Below, piece after piece: positions 48,220-59,024 of a stretch of 64,000 bases of DNA. The stretch comes from Naegleria gruberi (Eukaryota), in the NCBI GenBank assembly GCA_000004985.1, contig GG738869.1. One strand, 5' to 3'. The notes below the pieces were generated by a model. That model had not been told where the DNA came from and made no database searches. It saw only the letters and a program-made list of their open reading frames with translations. How positions within the stretch are numbered: position 1 is the stretch's first letter; each line of letters opens with the position of its first letter. The translations under genes were made by a program, and so were the position numbers.

Positions 48220-49082
48220 ATTATTCTGTTGTTAAAAGTATTGTACTGATAATATTGTTGAGTTGATTTATTGAGCAATTCAATTTTCTTCTGAGCATCT
48301 GCATGACCACATCTAGCTGCTTTCCAATACCATTCTCTGGCTTGTTCTTCATCCTTCTCCACTCCCTTTCCAAACTCATAAAACAAACCAACTGTAAATT
48401 GAGCTTCTGGATCTCCCTGTTCAGCTGCCATCTCATACCATTCCAAAGCTTCCGAATAATTCTGTTCTCTCCCCAATCCAGTTTCAAACATGTATCCAAT
48501 ATTGAATAAGGCATTCGTATTATTATTCTGATCGACTGATTTTAGTAACCATTCCACCGCCTTGGAGTAATCCTTCTCAAATCCATTCTCACCAGTACAA
48601 TGTAATTATCTAATGCAATTTTGAACCTCTGAATCACATTGATCAGTGCAATTGGCGAATAATTCTTCCAATTCTTCATGTGTTAATTTCCTCTCCTCAT
48701 CAGCATCTTTATGATTTTGTTGAGATTGGGGTCTATCTGGAACATGAACAGGAAACCAAGTATTTGCCTTTGGTGTTTGAACTTGTGGCTGCTCCTCTGT
48801 TTGAAAGGCAAGATATTGCTCGGAGGAGTGGGTACGGTGTTGTTCAATTGTGGTGAATTGAGAGAATGAAGAGGAAGCTGCTATGGGTGGTGTTTGAGAG
48901 TGGATCTGAGAATCATGATATTCAGATTGATTAATGTAATATTCTTGTGCAGCTTGTTGTGGCGCCTCCACAAGTGTCTGCTCAAACTTTAGTGCCTTAG
49001 TAATAGAGTTGGGAGAGTCAATAATCTCGGGAAATTCTTCTTCATATTTTCGTTTCATTTTTTCAATATGTTGACGATTCAA
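48060..49082 (-). CDS. Sel1-like (TPR-family) repeat protein interrupted by an in-frame TAA at about 48590; the 3' end is uncertain because it overlaps the 3' end of the 46696..48219 gene
   Basis: Upstream ORF (49082..48606) and downstream ORF (48557..) are in the same frame: ..QNCIR*LHCTGENGFEKDYSKAVEWLLKSVDQNNNTNALFNIGYMFETGLGREQNYSEALEWYEMAAEQGDPEAQFTVGLFYEFGKGVEKDEEQAREWYWKAARCGHADAQ. These are Sel1 repeats. One Sel1 repeat spans the stop. Confidence 0.45.
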
Positions 49083-49181
49083 AATGGGAATATTTTTACA
49101 TACTATTAAAGACTTTTAAATAATTATAACTTTAATATTAAATAACACATTAAATATTGTTGTAAATTATTTAAAAAAAAA

Positions 49182-50321
49182 ATGTCATCATCAGAGAGAG
49201 AATCCACCATCGATTTGCAAAAAATCGCACAAGAATGCCACTCACTCTATGCCTTCGGATTGGTCGTTTTAAATACCAAAGATACAGAGGATAAGGTTGA
49301 TATTTCATTTATGGCTGAAAAATTATTTCGTGAAGGGAAAATCACAGCACGAGGCTTCAATGATTTTTCATCGTCGCTTCAATTCATGATGGAAAATAGA
49401 CCACCACAAACACCGCAACGACCAGATAATGTTACAATTGTTTTGGATAGGAAACAACTTCATAAGAGAGGTGGTGGAACTGTGGAAAATAGAGCAGCTT
49501 TGGTTCAGTAGGTTTTTAAAAGGAAATTATAATTGGAATATTGGTGGAAATTATTTTAAAAAATTGGAATTGATTGGAATAATTGCGAAAATATTGAAAT
49601 AATTGCTGGAAATTGAATATATTGAATTAGCTCAATTTGTCATATGGAAAGTTATGCAATTGATTTATCCTGGGATATTTTGGTGAGATTTGCCATTTTG
49701 GAGTATTTACCTGATGAATTTCTAGTGGATTGGTTTGAAGTAGCAATTGATGAATGTAGACATTTCAGAATGTTGAATAAGAGATTGGCAGAGTTGGATA
49801 GCAAATATTACTATGGAGCTTTTCCAACTCATGGAGGTTTGTGGGAATCCTCAATTCAAACTGAACATGATGTCATGTTGAGATTGTGCATTCTGCATAT
49901 GGTTCATGAAGCCAGAGGATTGGATAGAACTCCAACAAATATTAAACGTTTGAAAGATGCCAAAGACAATGTATCTGCTGATGTACTAACCATAATATTG
50001 GAAGAGGAGATTAGTCATGTTGAAAAGGGTGTAAAATGGTTCAAATTCTGTTGTACTCATTTAGTGAATGAGGAAAGAAAGCAAAAAGGATTGGAATGCT
50101 TGACAGATATTGATGAAGATCTAATTATTGAGTATTTCCACAAGATGGTTAAGCAAAATACCAGTTCTGGCGTTTTGAGACCACCATTCAATGTTGAGGC
50201 TCGTCATAAGGCTGGTTTCACTGCCAAGTGGTACGAACCACTGGCAAACTCTGAGCCAATGAAACCAAAACACCATCAACAGACAACAATAGAGGAAGAA
50301 GAGGAAGAAATTATTAAATGA
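49182..50321 (+). CDS. Ferritin-like di-iron-type protein (DUF455-like family); 2 exons (49182..49507, 49631..50321)
   Basis: Donor GTAGGT at 49508 overlaps the apparent stop; acceptor ttAG at 49629-49630 keeps the frame (..RAALVH|SICHMESYAIDL..). E-x-x-H motifs (HMVHEARGLD, ILEEEISHVEKG) typical of ferritin-like 4-helix di-iron proteins. Confidence 0.55.
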
Positions 50322-50367
50322 ATAATGTTATTAAATTACTTCTTTATTCCTTTATTCCTTTCTTCTA

Positions 50368-51586
50368 TTAAAATTGTGTTTTAAAGAATCCAGGAATGTC
50401 ATTTGTGTGATATTGAATTCCTTCTATTTTTTCAAATGCATCACGGTAGTTGCTTGTAAAGTGTATTTGATTAGGCATCGCTAAATACTTGCTTGACGAT
50501 GGAGCATCATCATCCAAACCCTCTACCTGTTCAAATATCTTAACAGAGAATGAAGAACTAGCCATCAAATCTGGTTTTTTAGACTTGGATTGAAATCTAA
50601 CTGAAACGAAATACTTTGCCTTAATGGTTCCAAAGAGCCTATCTTCACTAAAGTTAGCCTTTGATGTTTTACAGGATGGGCAAATAACAACTAAAAGATC
50701 TGTTATCTTTTCAAAAAGTTGAGGAATATAGCCAAACTCGACTGTTGGTGCAGTAATAATGGCACTCTTGGCATTTGGTATTTTTGATACTCTACAAAAA
50801 GATAATGTGCTGAAATGTTCAAGAGAGTTGAATGAGCCAAAGGTATTTCTTGAACGCGCATTTCTGGAAGAAAAGTGTTGAATTGATTTGATCTTGTCTT
50901 TCAATTCCTCTGTTAATGAATTTTTTTCCAAAGAAATGTCATCCCTCACAACCAGATGTGATAGTTTGCTTCCTTTTTTCAATAAATGATCAGCAATAGT
51001 AATTCTATCACTATCAAGTACTATTTCTAAACCATATAATCGAGTAAATATAGGCATTGCTTTGACATTGAATTTGTAATTTGGTTGTGCAATACCTAGA
51101 ATGAAATTTGAATTCAAAAGAGCTTGTCTAATTTTTGTTGTCATTCCAAATAATTTGATAACAAATGGAGCCTCCACAACTTGTCTTGCAAAACAAAAAT
51201 CGAAAATTAAAGTCAAACAATCAGATCCCAAGTCATAAAAGCCAGATGATTGAAAACCCTCCTTTGTCTTTTCATATCTATTGACAGTAGAATATTGTAC
51301 CAGTGTTTGTGGATGAGATTTTAAAATCTTGAGAGCTTGTTGTCTTTCCTCCTCCAATTTTAAAATCTGTTGATCCAATTCGTGGAATCTCTTGACGGTA
51401 GCATCAATATTAATTGTTGACCAATCATATTCTTCGGATTGAATTTGTTTTCTTCTTCTTCTTCTTGGAACTTGATTTAGTTTCTACCAATTCTTCTTCA
51501 CCAATAACATCTTCCGAGTAGTCATCATCGGAATCAGTATCATCTTTCTTTCTCTTCTTTGTAGATTGCTTTTTCTTTGGAGGCAT
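50368..51586 (-). CDS. Hypothetical protein with basic/acidic N-terminal exon; probable 2 exons (51586..about 51440, about 51370..50368)
   Basis: Exon 1 MPPKKKQSTKKRKKDDTDSDDDYSEDVIG after a poly-A leader. Proposed GTGAAG donor and cgaAG acceptor restore the frame into ..YDWSTINIDATVKRFHELDQQILKLEEERQQ.. The main ORF runs 50368..51378. No family assigned. Confidence 0.4.
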
Positions 51587-51808
51587 TTTTTTTAGGCTTT
51601 GAAATCAAGAGTATTAAATATCCATCAACCAATGGAACGTTTAATTCAAGAAAGCCAAAGAAATTAATTCCATCAAATCCTTGCTTATATTTAGACAATT
51701 TGAACAGGTAAACAAATTGATGATGAATAATGATGTGATAGTATTGATGATGAATTATATAATTTTATAAATAATAATAAAAAAATAATATTACATCTAA
51801 AACAACAA

Positions 51809-52894
51809 ATGAACAACAACAATAATAGCAGGACAAGAGAAAGAGATCAAAAGACAGAAGGAGGAGGAGGATTTTGTCAGAAATGTTTCACGGAAGGCCA
51901 CTGGACATATCAATGTAAAGGAGAGAAAGCTCCATCAACAACCTACACCAAACGATTGTCCCACACTGAAAAGTTGGAAATGATGAGGAAGGGAATACCA
52001 ATTAATGAACAATTTGATTTACCTCCAGAGAGTAAAAAACCAGCAGAAATTAATGATGAAGATGCCATTTGGACTTGTAGTGATAGTGATAGTTATTTAA
52101 ATCCTGATTATTCGAGTAGTAGTGGAGATTCGAGTTATTCCTCATCATCGAGTGATGGTGGTGGTGCTTCAATGAGCAAACGTTTGAAAAAGTTAAAGAA
52201 GAAGAGAAAGACGACAAATTCTTCATCATCATCGGATTCAGCATCATCATCAGATTCGGAACAAGAACTAGTGAAGGAAACCAAGGTAGAGAATACTGTA
52301 TTGGATGAATATAAAAGAAGATTAAAGGAAGAAATTGAAAAACATGAAGGAAAATCATTAGAAACAATACAAAAAAAGGAAGAATCTGCTAAGCCATCAT
52401 CATCGTCATCATCAAGTGTAAATCGACAAGAGAGTAGCTCATCTACAAATAAGAGTAAATTGGAAAATGCACCAAAGGGAGGAGTATTAATGGCAGCTGA
52501 AAAGTTTTCAGAAGCCAAGAGAAATAATTCCAATAATGATAGAAGAGGTGGAGCTTTTGATAATAGTAGGAGAAGAGATTTTGATAGAGGTGACAGAAGG
52601 GATAATAGAACTGATAAGTATGATAGAGGTGACAGAAGGGATGATAGAAGATTGAACGATTCTAGAAGATCACCATCTTATGAACCAAGAAGTGATTCAA
52701 GAAGATCACCATCATCTTATGACAGAAGTGATAGAGGAGATAGCTATTATGGAAGAAAAAGAGATTTTGATGAATATAGAGGCAAGAAAAGTGGAGAAAA
52801 TGACAAACAGCCAGAAGGAAAATCACAAGGAGCACCTCCTCCAAGATCTTTGCATTCTGGTAACAAGTATGGACGTGTTGGAGATAAAAAATAG
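51809..52894 (+). CDS. CCHC zinc-knuckle protein with Ser-rich and RD/RS-like repeats (ZCCHC10-like), 361 aa
   Basis: CQKCFTEGHWTYQC knuckle near the N-terminus. Poly-Ser acidic tracts. C-terminal DRGDRRD/SRRSPS repeats. Confidence 0.65.
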   Translation: MNNNNNSRTRERDQKTEGGGGFCQKCFTEGHWTYQCKGEKAPSTTYTKRLSHTEKLEMMRKGIPINEQFDLPPESKKPAEINDEDAIWTCSDSDSYLNPDYSSSSGDSSYSSSSSDGGGASMSKRLKKLKKKRKTTNSSSSSDSASSSDSEQELVKETKVENTVLDEYKRRLKEEIEKHEGKSLETIQKKEESAKPSSSSSSSVNRQESSSSTNKSKLENAPKGGVLMAAEKFSEAKRNNSNNDRRGGAFDNSRRRDFDRGDRRDNRTDKYDRGDRRDDRRLNDSRRSPSYEPRSDSRRSPSSYDRSDRGDSYYGRKRDFDEYRGKKSGENDKQPEGKSQGAPPPRSLHSGNKYGRVGDKK

Positions 52895-53124
52895 GTGTGT
52901 TAATAATTTTGGAAGTTGTTTTATTAAATGATTGGATCAATCAAGAACAAAGTGGAATTATATCCTTGTAATTGTTTCCAATATTGACACAATTCATTTC
53001 CATTATTTAGATTCTTTCTTCTCATAACCATCATTGTAAGAGTAAACATCAAAAAAGACTTCAGTGTGTCAATTCAAATTTATTAAGGAAGAATGTGAGT
53101 TAAAGTACAATATGAAATATTCCA

Positions 53125-53781
53125 ATGTGGAAACTTCCATCTTTAGAATATTTCCATATCAATTGGATTGCAAATAGTCCATCAAGAGATCCAACACTCT
53201 CCCCATACAAAACCAATAAAAAGATGATCAAATCCCTTCTAAAACTCAAACATCACTCACCATCTCGTTCCTTTTCCACTCATCTCAAGAGTGTACTCCT
53301 TGTGAGTGCCACCGATAAGGGAGGCGAAGGATTCACACACAGCACACAAGGCCATACAAGCAATACCTCTCGTGAGTTATCTTTCGAGGAGCAATATGCA
53401 GCAAAACATGATTATGAATTATTGAAAAAACTTGCTGATCTTTCACATGAACAATCGAAAAAGGTGGCATCGATCTTTGATAAGATTGACGAAAGTAATC
53501 GAATGAATGCAGATTTTCTCAATTTGCAGCAAAATATCAATCAAATGAAAGGGATTATTGATGACAGTTTGGCTAGTACTCGAGTTGCTAATGTTGATGT
53601 GAGCACACAACAGTCAATTCCTGAACAAACACCATGGAGAACAAGTCAACAACCTAAAACAATTGAAAATATTGAGAATGTGAGTGGAGCTACAATGGGA
53701 ACTGCCAATGATCAGAATGCTCCCCATCAAACCAAATTTATGGACAAGTCGTTTTATCCTGACTTGACAAATGAGCTTTAA
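53125..53781 (+). CDS. Hypothetical protein (true start possibly the internal ATG MIKSLLK..); weak resemblance to the mitochondrial ATPase-inhibitor IF1 coiled-coil
   Basis: ORF with N-terminal targeting-like MIKSLLKLKHHSPSRSFSTHLKSVLLVSA, then GEGFTHSTQGH...ELSFEEQYAAKHDYELLKKLADLSHEQSKK, similar in pattern to IF1 (GAFGKRE..EE.YFR..EQL..LKK). Tentative. Confidence 0.35.
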   Translation: MWKLPSLEYFHINWIANSPSRDPTLSPYKTNKKMIKSLLKLKHHSPSRSFSTHLKSVLLVSATDKGGEGFTHSTQGHTSNTSRELSFEEQYAAKHDYELLKKLADLSHEQSKKVASIFDKIDESNRMNADFLNLQQNINQMKGIIDDSLASTRVANVDVSTQQSIPEQTPWRTSQQPKTIENIENVSGATMGTANDQNAPHQTKFMDKSFYPDLTNEL

Positions 53782-53878
53782 AAAGGGTTAAACCTTAATA
53801 AATTATTGTAAATAAACTTTTAAAGACAGAATTTTAGAAATTTTGTTGGTAAATAGAACAATTTCATTGTGAAGGGAA

Positions 53879-53951
53879 GGGGATGTAGCTCACATGGTAG
53901 AGCGCTTCTTTAGCATGGAAGAGGTACGGGGATCGATACCCCGCATCTCCA
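53879..53951 (+). tRNA. tRNA-Ala (anticodon AGC), 73 nt, no intron
   Basis: GGGGATGTAGCTCACATGGTAGAGCGCTTCTTTAGCATGGAAGAGGTACGGGGATCGATACCCCGCATCTCCA; cloverleaf folds fully, G3:U70 present. Confidence 0.9.
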
Positions 53952-54054
53952 GCTTACTTTTTTAACCGCAGGCACTAATTTGACAAATATTAAACGTTCT
54001 TTCTCATCTTTTCATAATTTGATTTTTGCTTTCCTCTACACTTAATTTTATGCT

Positions 54055-55647
54055 TTATTTAAATTGATCGATATTTCTAAAGCTATTCTTTTGAGGATTT
54101 TCCACCTTTTTCATCAACTTTAAATATTCAACTCTGAAAGAATCCAACATGTCAGATTTGGATTGGTTTGGGAAATTCAATGAATTCTTGAACGTTTCAT
54201 GGCAGTTGATCAATTTCTTTCCAATTTGAATTTGAGCTTCATCGAAAATATTTGTCAAATCACCTTCAGAGTCACCAATCGATATCTTAACTTGATATCT
54301 TTCAATTTCCTTCTTAATTTCTTCATGTTTCGAATACTTGACATGATTTCTGGCAAGTTCAGTATCCAAGAATTGATTATATATTTCCATTGCTTGTCTA
54401 TCTTCACTATCATTCAACTTGAACGAATTCAGTGACAATAAATCACTGGAAAATGTCAAAATCTCACTCTGTTCATCATCTTCCTGAGAAGGTGAATTAG
54501 CAGTGGAGCAATTGAGTAAACTGCTGTTGTTATTTCTCTCATTGGAAAAGTTTTTCATATCTTCCAGAATTGACTTGATAGTCGAATGTAATGATTTCTT
54601 ATGTTCCTTAAATATCTGAACTTGTTCAAGAAAGTGAAATCTATTCGAAAGTGAATCTCCCTTACAATATTCACCAAATAAGGGTCTCATAAATGGATCT
54701 GCAATTGTCTGAATGACCATAATTGCCTTGGCATGTTCCAATTTCTTAGCCGAATCATGTTCAACCTTAATAGCATGAATAAAAATCAAGACAACCAATG
54801 GAATTGCCACTGATAAACAAACTGCAATAACTGTCAAGTCAGTTGTCGTGGCAGTTTCCATCGCATTTAGCTGAATTACACTCAAATTCTTGATATCACC
54901 CACAAAATTCACATATGTATTTAGAAAAGTGTACATTCCATTGTAATGAGTTGGATTATAAAAGGCAGTCAATGCAGCTGAATAATTCTTCGCCACTACA
55001 TATTCCACAACCTGTTCCTGTAATTTAAAAAGAGGTATTTCATTCGCGTCACGTGTCAAATTTCCCAAACTAGCACTTGGCACCAATGAAAATAATCGAT
55101 TCATGGTCGAAATTAATGATTTCTTAGCAGCATAATATTCCAATGCATAACTTTCATTCCTTCCATACACTGCTATATACTCTGTCATGATCATTGTATT
55201 GTAATACTTGTAGGAATTCCCGTAATGTTGTAAAATTTCGACAAGTGGCCACTTTACAATATCATAGTTATAAATTGTTGTTATGAAAATGGCAAGAAAT
55301 GAAGCAATAATCAAGAACATTCCCAATATAGAGACAATTCTCATGCAATTGAAAGCAAAAGTTCCACAACATGATTTGACATTTACAATGGATTGAGATT
55401 TTGACGTGTTGGAGGTAGTCTTGGTTTTTGCAGAAGTTATGGAATATTTTCGTTTTAGGGTTTGAATTCTGGATTCTTGAGCGTTGATAACGGTAATGGT
55501 GCCATCATCAATTAGGACACTTTTCTTTCGAATAGGTTCATCACCTTGATTAGTTTCGGATAATGGAATGGGTGAAGTAATGGTTACACTGGTTGAGGTT
55601 GGAGAGTTGAGTCTTTCGCGAGGAGTTTCGTTGGGGAGAACTGGCAT
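54055..55647 (-). CDS. Two-TM membrane protein with a large extracytoplasmic loop and a C-terminal RGS-like domain (tentative), 530 aa
   Basis: ATG at 55647. TM1 IVSILGMFLIIASFLAIFITTIY. TM2 VIAVCLSVAIPLVVLIFIHAI. C-terminal FMRPLFGEYCKGDSLSNRFHFLEQVQIFKEHKK... follows the RGS pattern F..F...E..L.L..I..YKE. Confidence 0.6.
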   Translation of the reverse strand: MPVLPNETPRERLNSPTSTSVTITSPIPLSETNQGDEPIRKKSVLIDDGTITVINAQESRIQTLKRKYSITSAKTKTTSNTSKSQSIVNVKSCCGTFAFNCMRIVSILGMFLIIASFLAIFITTIYNYDIVKWPLVEILQHYGNSYKYYNTMIMTEYIAVYGRNESYALEYYAAKKSLISTMNRLFSLVPSASLGNLTRDANEIPLFKLQEQVVEYVVAKNYSAALTAFYNPTHYNGMYTFLNTYVNFVGDIKNLSVIQLNAMETATTTDLTVIAVCLSVAIPLVVLIFIHAIKVEHDSAKKLEHAKAIMVIQTIADPFMRPLFGEYCKGDSLSNRFHFLEQVQIFKEHKKSLHSTIKSILEDMKNFSNERNNNSSLLNCSTANSPSQEDDEQSEILTFSSDLLSLNSFKLNDSEDRQAMEIYNQFLDTELARNHVKYSKHEEIKKEIERYQVKISIGDSEGDLTNIFDEAQIQIGKKLINCHETFKNSLNFPNQSKSDMLDSFRVEYLKLMKKVENPQKNSFRNIDQFK

Positions 55648-55998
55648 TTTTTTAAGAGATTATTAATTAAGGAAGGGGACAGATGTTGAGTTTTTATTGG
55701 AAAGTAGACGAAAGATAAAATCTCTTGGAAGTACATCAATTCTCTTTGTACATTCCCCCAAGTGCATGATATGAATCATTACTTGCCTTTCGTATATTTC
55801 GGTAGAGATAGACGAAACGTAATAGGGATATTAGCTATCTCTCTCGAATATTAAAAAACAAGAGTTGTCATTGAACACTATCTGAGGTTTCCTTTTTCAT
55901 TACTATTGGAGATAAGCGCAATAAAAACAATCTCTAACAATCTTGAACTAAACCTACCGAAACGTCAACATCAATTAATTTTCAATAATTCAAAAAAA

Positions 55999-57714
55999 AT
56001 GAATTTAAATCAACATGAAATATTGGAAACCAGCATTAAGGAAGAGGTTTTTCAAAACACATCATCTAATAATCTAGTTTCGAATAATGAATCTTGGCAG
56101 GAGCAAGACCTTTCAATTGCACCAAACTTTCAACTTGGTGATACAAACGACATTCTCTCAAATACTCAACTTGATAATATTAGTAACATGGCAGACGATC
56201 TGGAAAGTCTAGAAATTCCTGAACTCGGCGACATGTCAAATGCCAGTCCCATGTTTACAAAAGTTCAACAAGAAGATGACATCAACGAAGAACCACTTGA
56301 AAACCACAATGAATCCCAACCAAACATTCGTAAAAGATACTCCCTAATCTCTCAATGGAACAAAAAGAAGGTTTCCCTTTGTTGCGGAGGAAAAATTGGA
56401 ATTGTCCCATGTTTATCCGTAATGGCAATTCTCCTCAGTATTTTAGCGCTCATTTCCATTGCCCTCCTCGTTGCCCTTCCATTCTATGAAATTAAAAAAA
56501 TACCAATTCTAGATTTAATGACAAGTCGTGCAAAATTATTTGCCTCATATATTGCCATGAGGGATATGTTAAGGTTGGGAGTTGAGAATAAGGGTAATTA
56601 TGATTCGTATTCGACCTATTATTACTATTATTACTATAAGAATAATTTTAATAATAGTTATACAAATTTTACGCATATTATTCCAACAAAGTTTAGTCAT
56701 GAATTTTTGACGAAACCTTTGGCAACTTATCCTATTTTTGTGAACTATTGGGATAAGATGGTAAAGAAGGTGGTTTCGTTTAGGGTGATAAATGGAACGA
56801 CCTATTACTCTCTCAATAAGACCATTCAAGCAGAGGCAAGAAGTCAACTTTACTCAGTTGACTATGCCACGACTTTCAATGATTTTCAAACCTCTTTCTA
56901 TGATTTACAGGACAAGCTATTCGAAATGTGCCATCATGCTGATATGCTGGTCAAGAATAGTGGAATTGCCACTTTATTTTTGGTCTGTTTCTCATTGGCA
57001 GTGATTCTTCCAACCATTCTAATAATTTTCATATTTGCATTGAGGAAAGATCGATCGAATGCAAAGAATCTTCACTCAGCCAATCGAAATATGTTGAAAG
57101 AAACCATGTCCAATCCGTCCATGAGAAGAGATTTTAGAAAGTTTTGTAAAGATTGTAAAATGGAAGGTCAATATTTGATTTTGGAAAAGATTCAATTTTA
57201 TAAGGAATTTTCATTGGAATCGTATGATGCACAAATGAATTTATTTGAATTGACTGGAGAGTATGTGAGGAAACAGAATATTAACATGAAGGAAAAGAAT
57301 TCGAGGTTGGTTTATAAGGTGGCTAAAGAGGCCGAGAAGAAATTAGTTTATTTTGAAAGGATGAAATACGAAACTATATTTGAGATTGTTGAAAATTTTC
57401 ATGAGGTGAATCAATGTTCGCACTTTTCAGCACTCTTTCAAGAAGTGAGAACAGTGTTGGATTTGTACAATAACAAGAATGATATCTTTGAGGATACAGA
57501 TCTACTGCCTTCGAAACTATTCGATAATTTAGAAAAGGAATTGAGTACAGCTCTTGCTAGAACTCATTTGCAATTCAAATCAACGAGTGGACTAAATGCT
57601 AGCAAAGCAATGTCATGCAATTCACCATCATCTCCAATTATTGTTGAGAAAACGAAGCCACTATTGGATCAATCAGTAATCTCTACTACAGAAGATCTTT
57701 CCATTCAAGTGTAA
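55999..57714 (+). CDS. Paralogous two-TM membrane protein with C-terminal RGS-like domain (tentative), about 571 aa
   Basis: ATG at 55999 (MNLNQHEILE). TM1 VMAILLSILALISIALLVALPFY. TM2 IATLFLVCFSLAVILPTILIIFIFAL. MRRDFRKFCKDCKMEGQYLILEKIQFYKEFSLESYDAQ. Same architecture as 54055..55647, transcribed divergently. Confidence 0.6.
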   Translation: MNLNQHEILETSIKEEVFQNTSSNNLVSNNESWQEQDLSIAPNFQLGDTNDILSNTQLDNISNMADDLESLEIPELGDMSNASPMFTKVQQEDDINEEPLENHNESQPNIRKRYSLISQWNKKKVSLCCGGKIGIVPCLSVMAILLSILALISIALLVALPFYEIKKIPILDLMTSRAKLFASYIAMRDMLRLGVENKGNYDSYSTYYYYYYYKNNFNNSYTNFTHIIPTKFSHEFLTKPLATYPIFVNYWDKMVKKVVSFRVINGTTYYSLNKTIQAEARSQLYSVDYATTFNDFQTSFYDLQDKLFEMCHHADMLVKNSGIATLFLVCFSLAVILPTILIIFIFALRKDRSNAKNLHSANRNMLKETMSNPSMRRDFRKFCKDCKMEGQYLILEKIQFYKEFSLESYDAQMNLFELTGEYVRKQNINMKEKNSRLVYKVAKEAEKKLVYFERMKYETIFEIVENFHEVNQCSHFSALFQEVRTVLDLYNNKNDIFEDTDLLPSKLFDNLEKELSTALARTHLQFKSTSGLNASKAMSCNSPSSPIIVEKTKPLLDQSVISTTEDLSIQV

Positions 57715-57779
57715 TAAACTATTAAGTTGTCAGAGTTAGTTTTGTGGTTTATTTACAATAGAGAAATCCAAAGAGAGAA

Positions 57780-58667
57780 TTAAAGATTTCTTTGTCTATC
57801 AACTTGTCTGCATTGTAATTGCCAAACAGCTGGTTCAGCAGCACTACCATGAACGAATACAGGGCTCTTAGTTTCAACCAAAGAAACACCCCAACTAGTA
57901 ATTCTGCAATAACATTCACCCTTCAAAACTGGATAACCCTTACGAATACGATCAGCAATAACATAACCATCAATCATAACGAGAATATTGTAAATGAGAA
58001 CGAGAGGAATTAATGGAATACCAATAAAGAAGGCACACAATACGGCAAGAATGGTAGTCAAAACAACTGAAACAACGAGATAGATAGCACCCTTTGATTG
58101 TTGTCCAATGACAAAATGTCCCAAACCAGGGAAGACCAAATTACAGAGCAAAACAAGTGCTGGTTCAACTCCTTGAACCTTGACATAGGATTCATCAGTA
58201 ACTTGAACAGTAGTATTGGTTACAATAGGAGTAGTAGTTGGTTGAATGGTAGGTGGAAGAGTAGATGGAACATAGGTAGGTTGTTGTTGTGGAATATGAT
58301 TTACATTTGGGAGAGGAGGCAATTGAATTTGTGGTTGTCCAGATTGTTGTTGTTGTTGTTGCAATAACTGTTGTTGTTGTAAATATTGTTGATACATTTG
58401 TTGTTGTTGAAGAAACTGGGCATATTGACTTTGTGGAATGTAGGCAATTTGTTGTTGTCCATCTTGTCCCATAACCGGAACAGCATAGAAGGCTTGTTGT
58501 TGTTGTTGACCAGTAGTAGCAACATTTGGTTGTTGTTGTTGGTGAACAATTGGTTCTTGCTTTTGAGTAAAAGTTGGTTGTTGTTGTTGTGCTTCTTCTT
58601 GTTGAATTTGTTCACTGGTTGGAACGTATTCATCAGCTTCATCTTGAAGATTTTGATAACCGCTCAT
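57780..58667 (-). CDS. TM2-domain protein with Gln-rich N-terminus, about 295 aa
   Basis: ATG at 58667 (MSGYQNLQDEADEY). Long (Q)n tracts. C-terminal two-helix TM2 signature LLCNLVFPGLGHFVIGQQSKGAIYLVV...LVMIDGYVIADRIRKG. Confidence 0.6.
   Translation of the reverse strand: MSGYQNLQDEADEYVPTSEQIQQEEAQQQQPTFTQKQEPIVHQQQQPNVATTGQQQQQAFYAVPVMGQDGQQQIAYIPQSQYAQFLQQQQMYQQYLQQQQLLQQQQQQSGQPQIQLPPLPNVNHIPQQQPTYVPSTLPPTIQPTTTPIVTNTTVQVTDESYVKVQGVEPALVLLCNLVFPGLGHFVIGQQSKGAIYLVVSVVLTTILAVLCAFFIGIPLIPLVLIYNILVMIDGYVIADRIRKGYPVLKGECYCRITSWGVSLVETKSPVFVHGSAAEPAVWQLQCRQVDRQRNL
58290..58600. repeat. CAA/TTG-rich trinucleotide low-complexity tract (poly-Gln coding on the minus strand)
   Basis: ttgttgttgttgttgttgcaataactgttgttgttg...; encodes QQQQ runs in the TM2-domain protein. 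Confidence 0.7.
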
Positions 58668-59024
58668 TTTTATTATTGTATGGAAGAGTTTTGAAATCCT
58701 TTGCGGGAAATGTTTTGTTTGTGCTTTTTTTTTTGATAGGGAAATTGATGAGAAAAGTAAAATTAGCTTCAAAAAGAGTTCTAATTGGAAAAATTTTAAA
58801 ATGGAAAGGAGTTTGGTTTGATTGATGTTGAATTCGAAGTTTCTTTTCACAGAGTATTTTCTAAGGTATTAAGTACTAAGAAGTGAATGCAATGAACCTA
58901 ATCATGTGATTCAAAAAACAATCTAAGATTTGTAAAAGTAACAACTTTCTCAAACAAATGTAAAAAATCTCATACCCTTCCAACAACCTTCCAATCACTT
59001 TCTTCAATTCTTCCACAAAAAAAA

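Noticed and set aside
48221-48514. 97-aa minus-strand ORF in an alternate frame of the Sel1 gene
   Set aside because: It overlaps the Sel1-repeat frame, which carries clear repeat homology. The alternate frame has none.
52050-52533. Minus-strand ORFs of 105 and 132 aa
   Set aside because: Antisense to the Ser/Asp-rich region of the CCHC gene; composition artefact.
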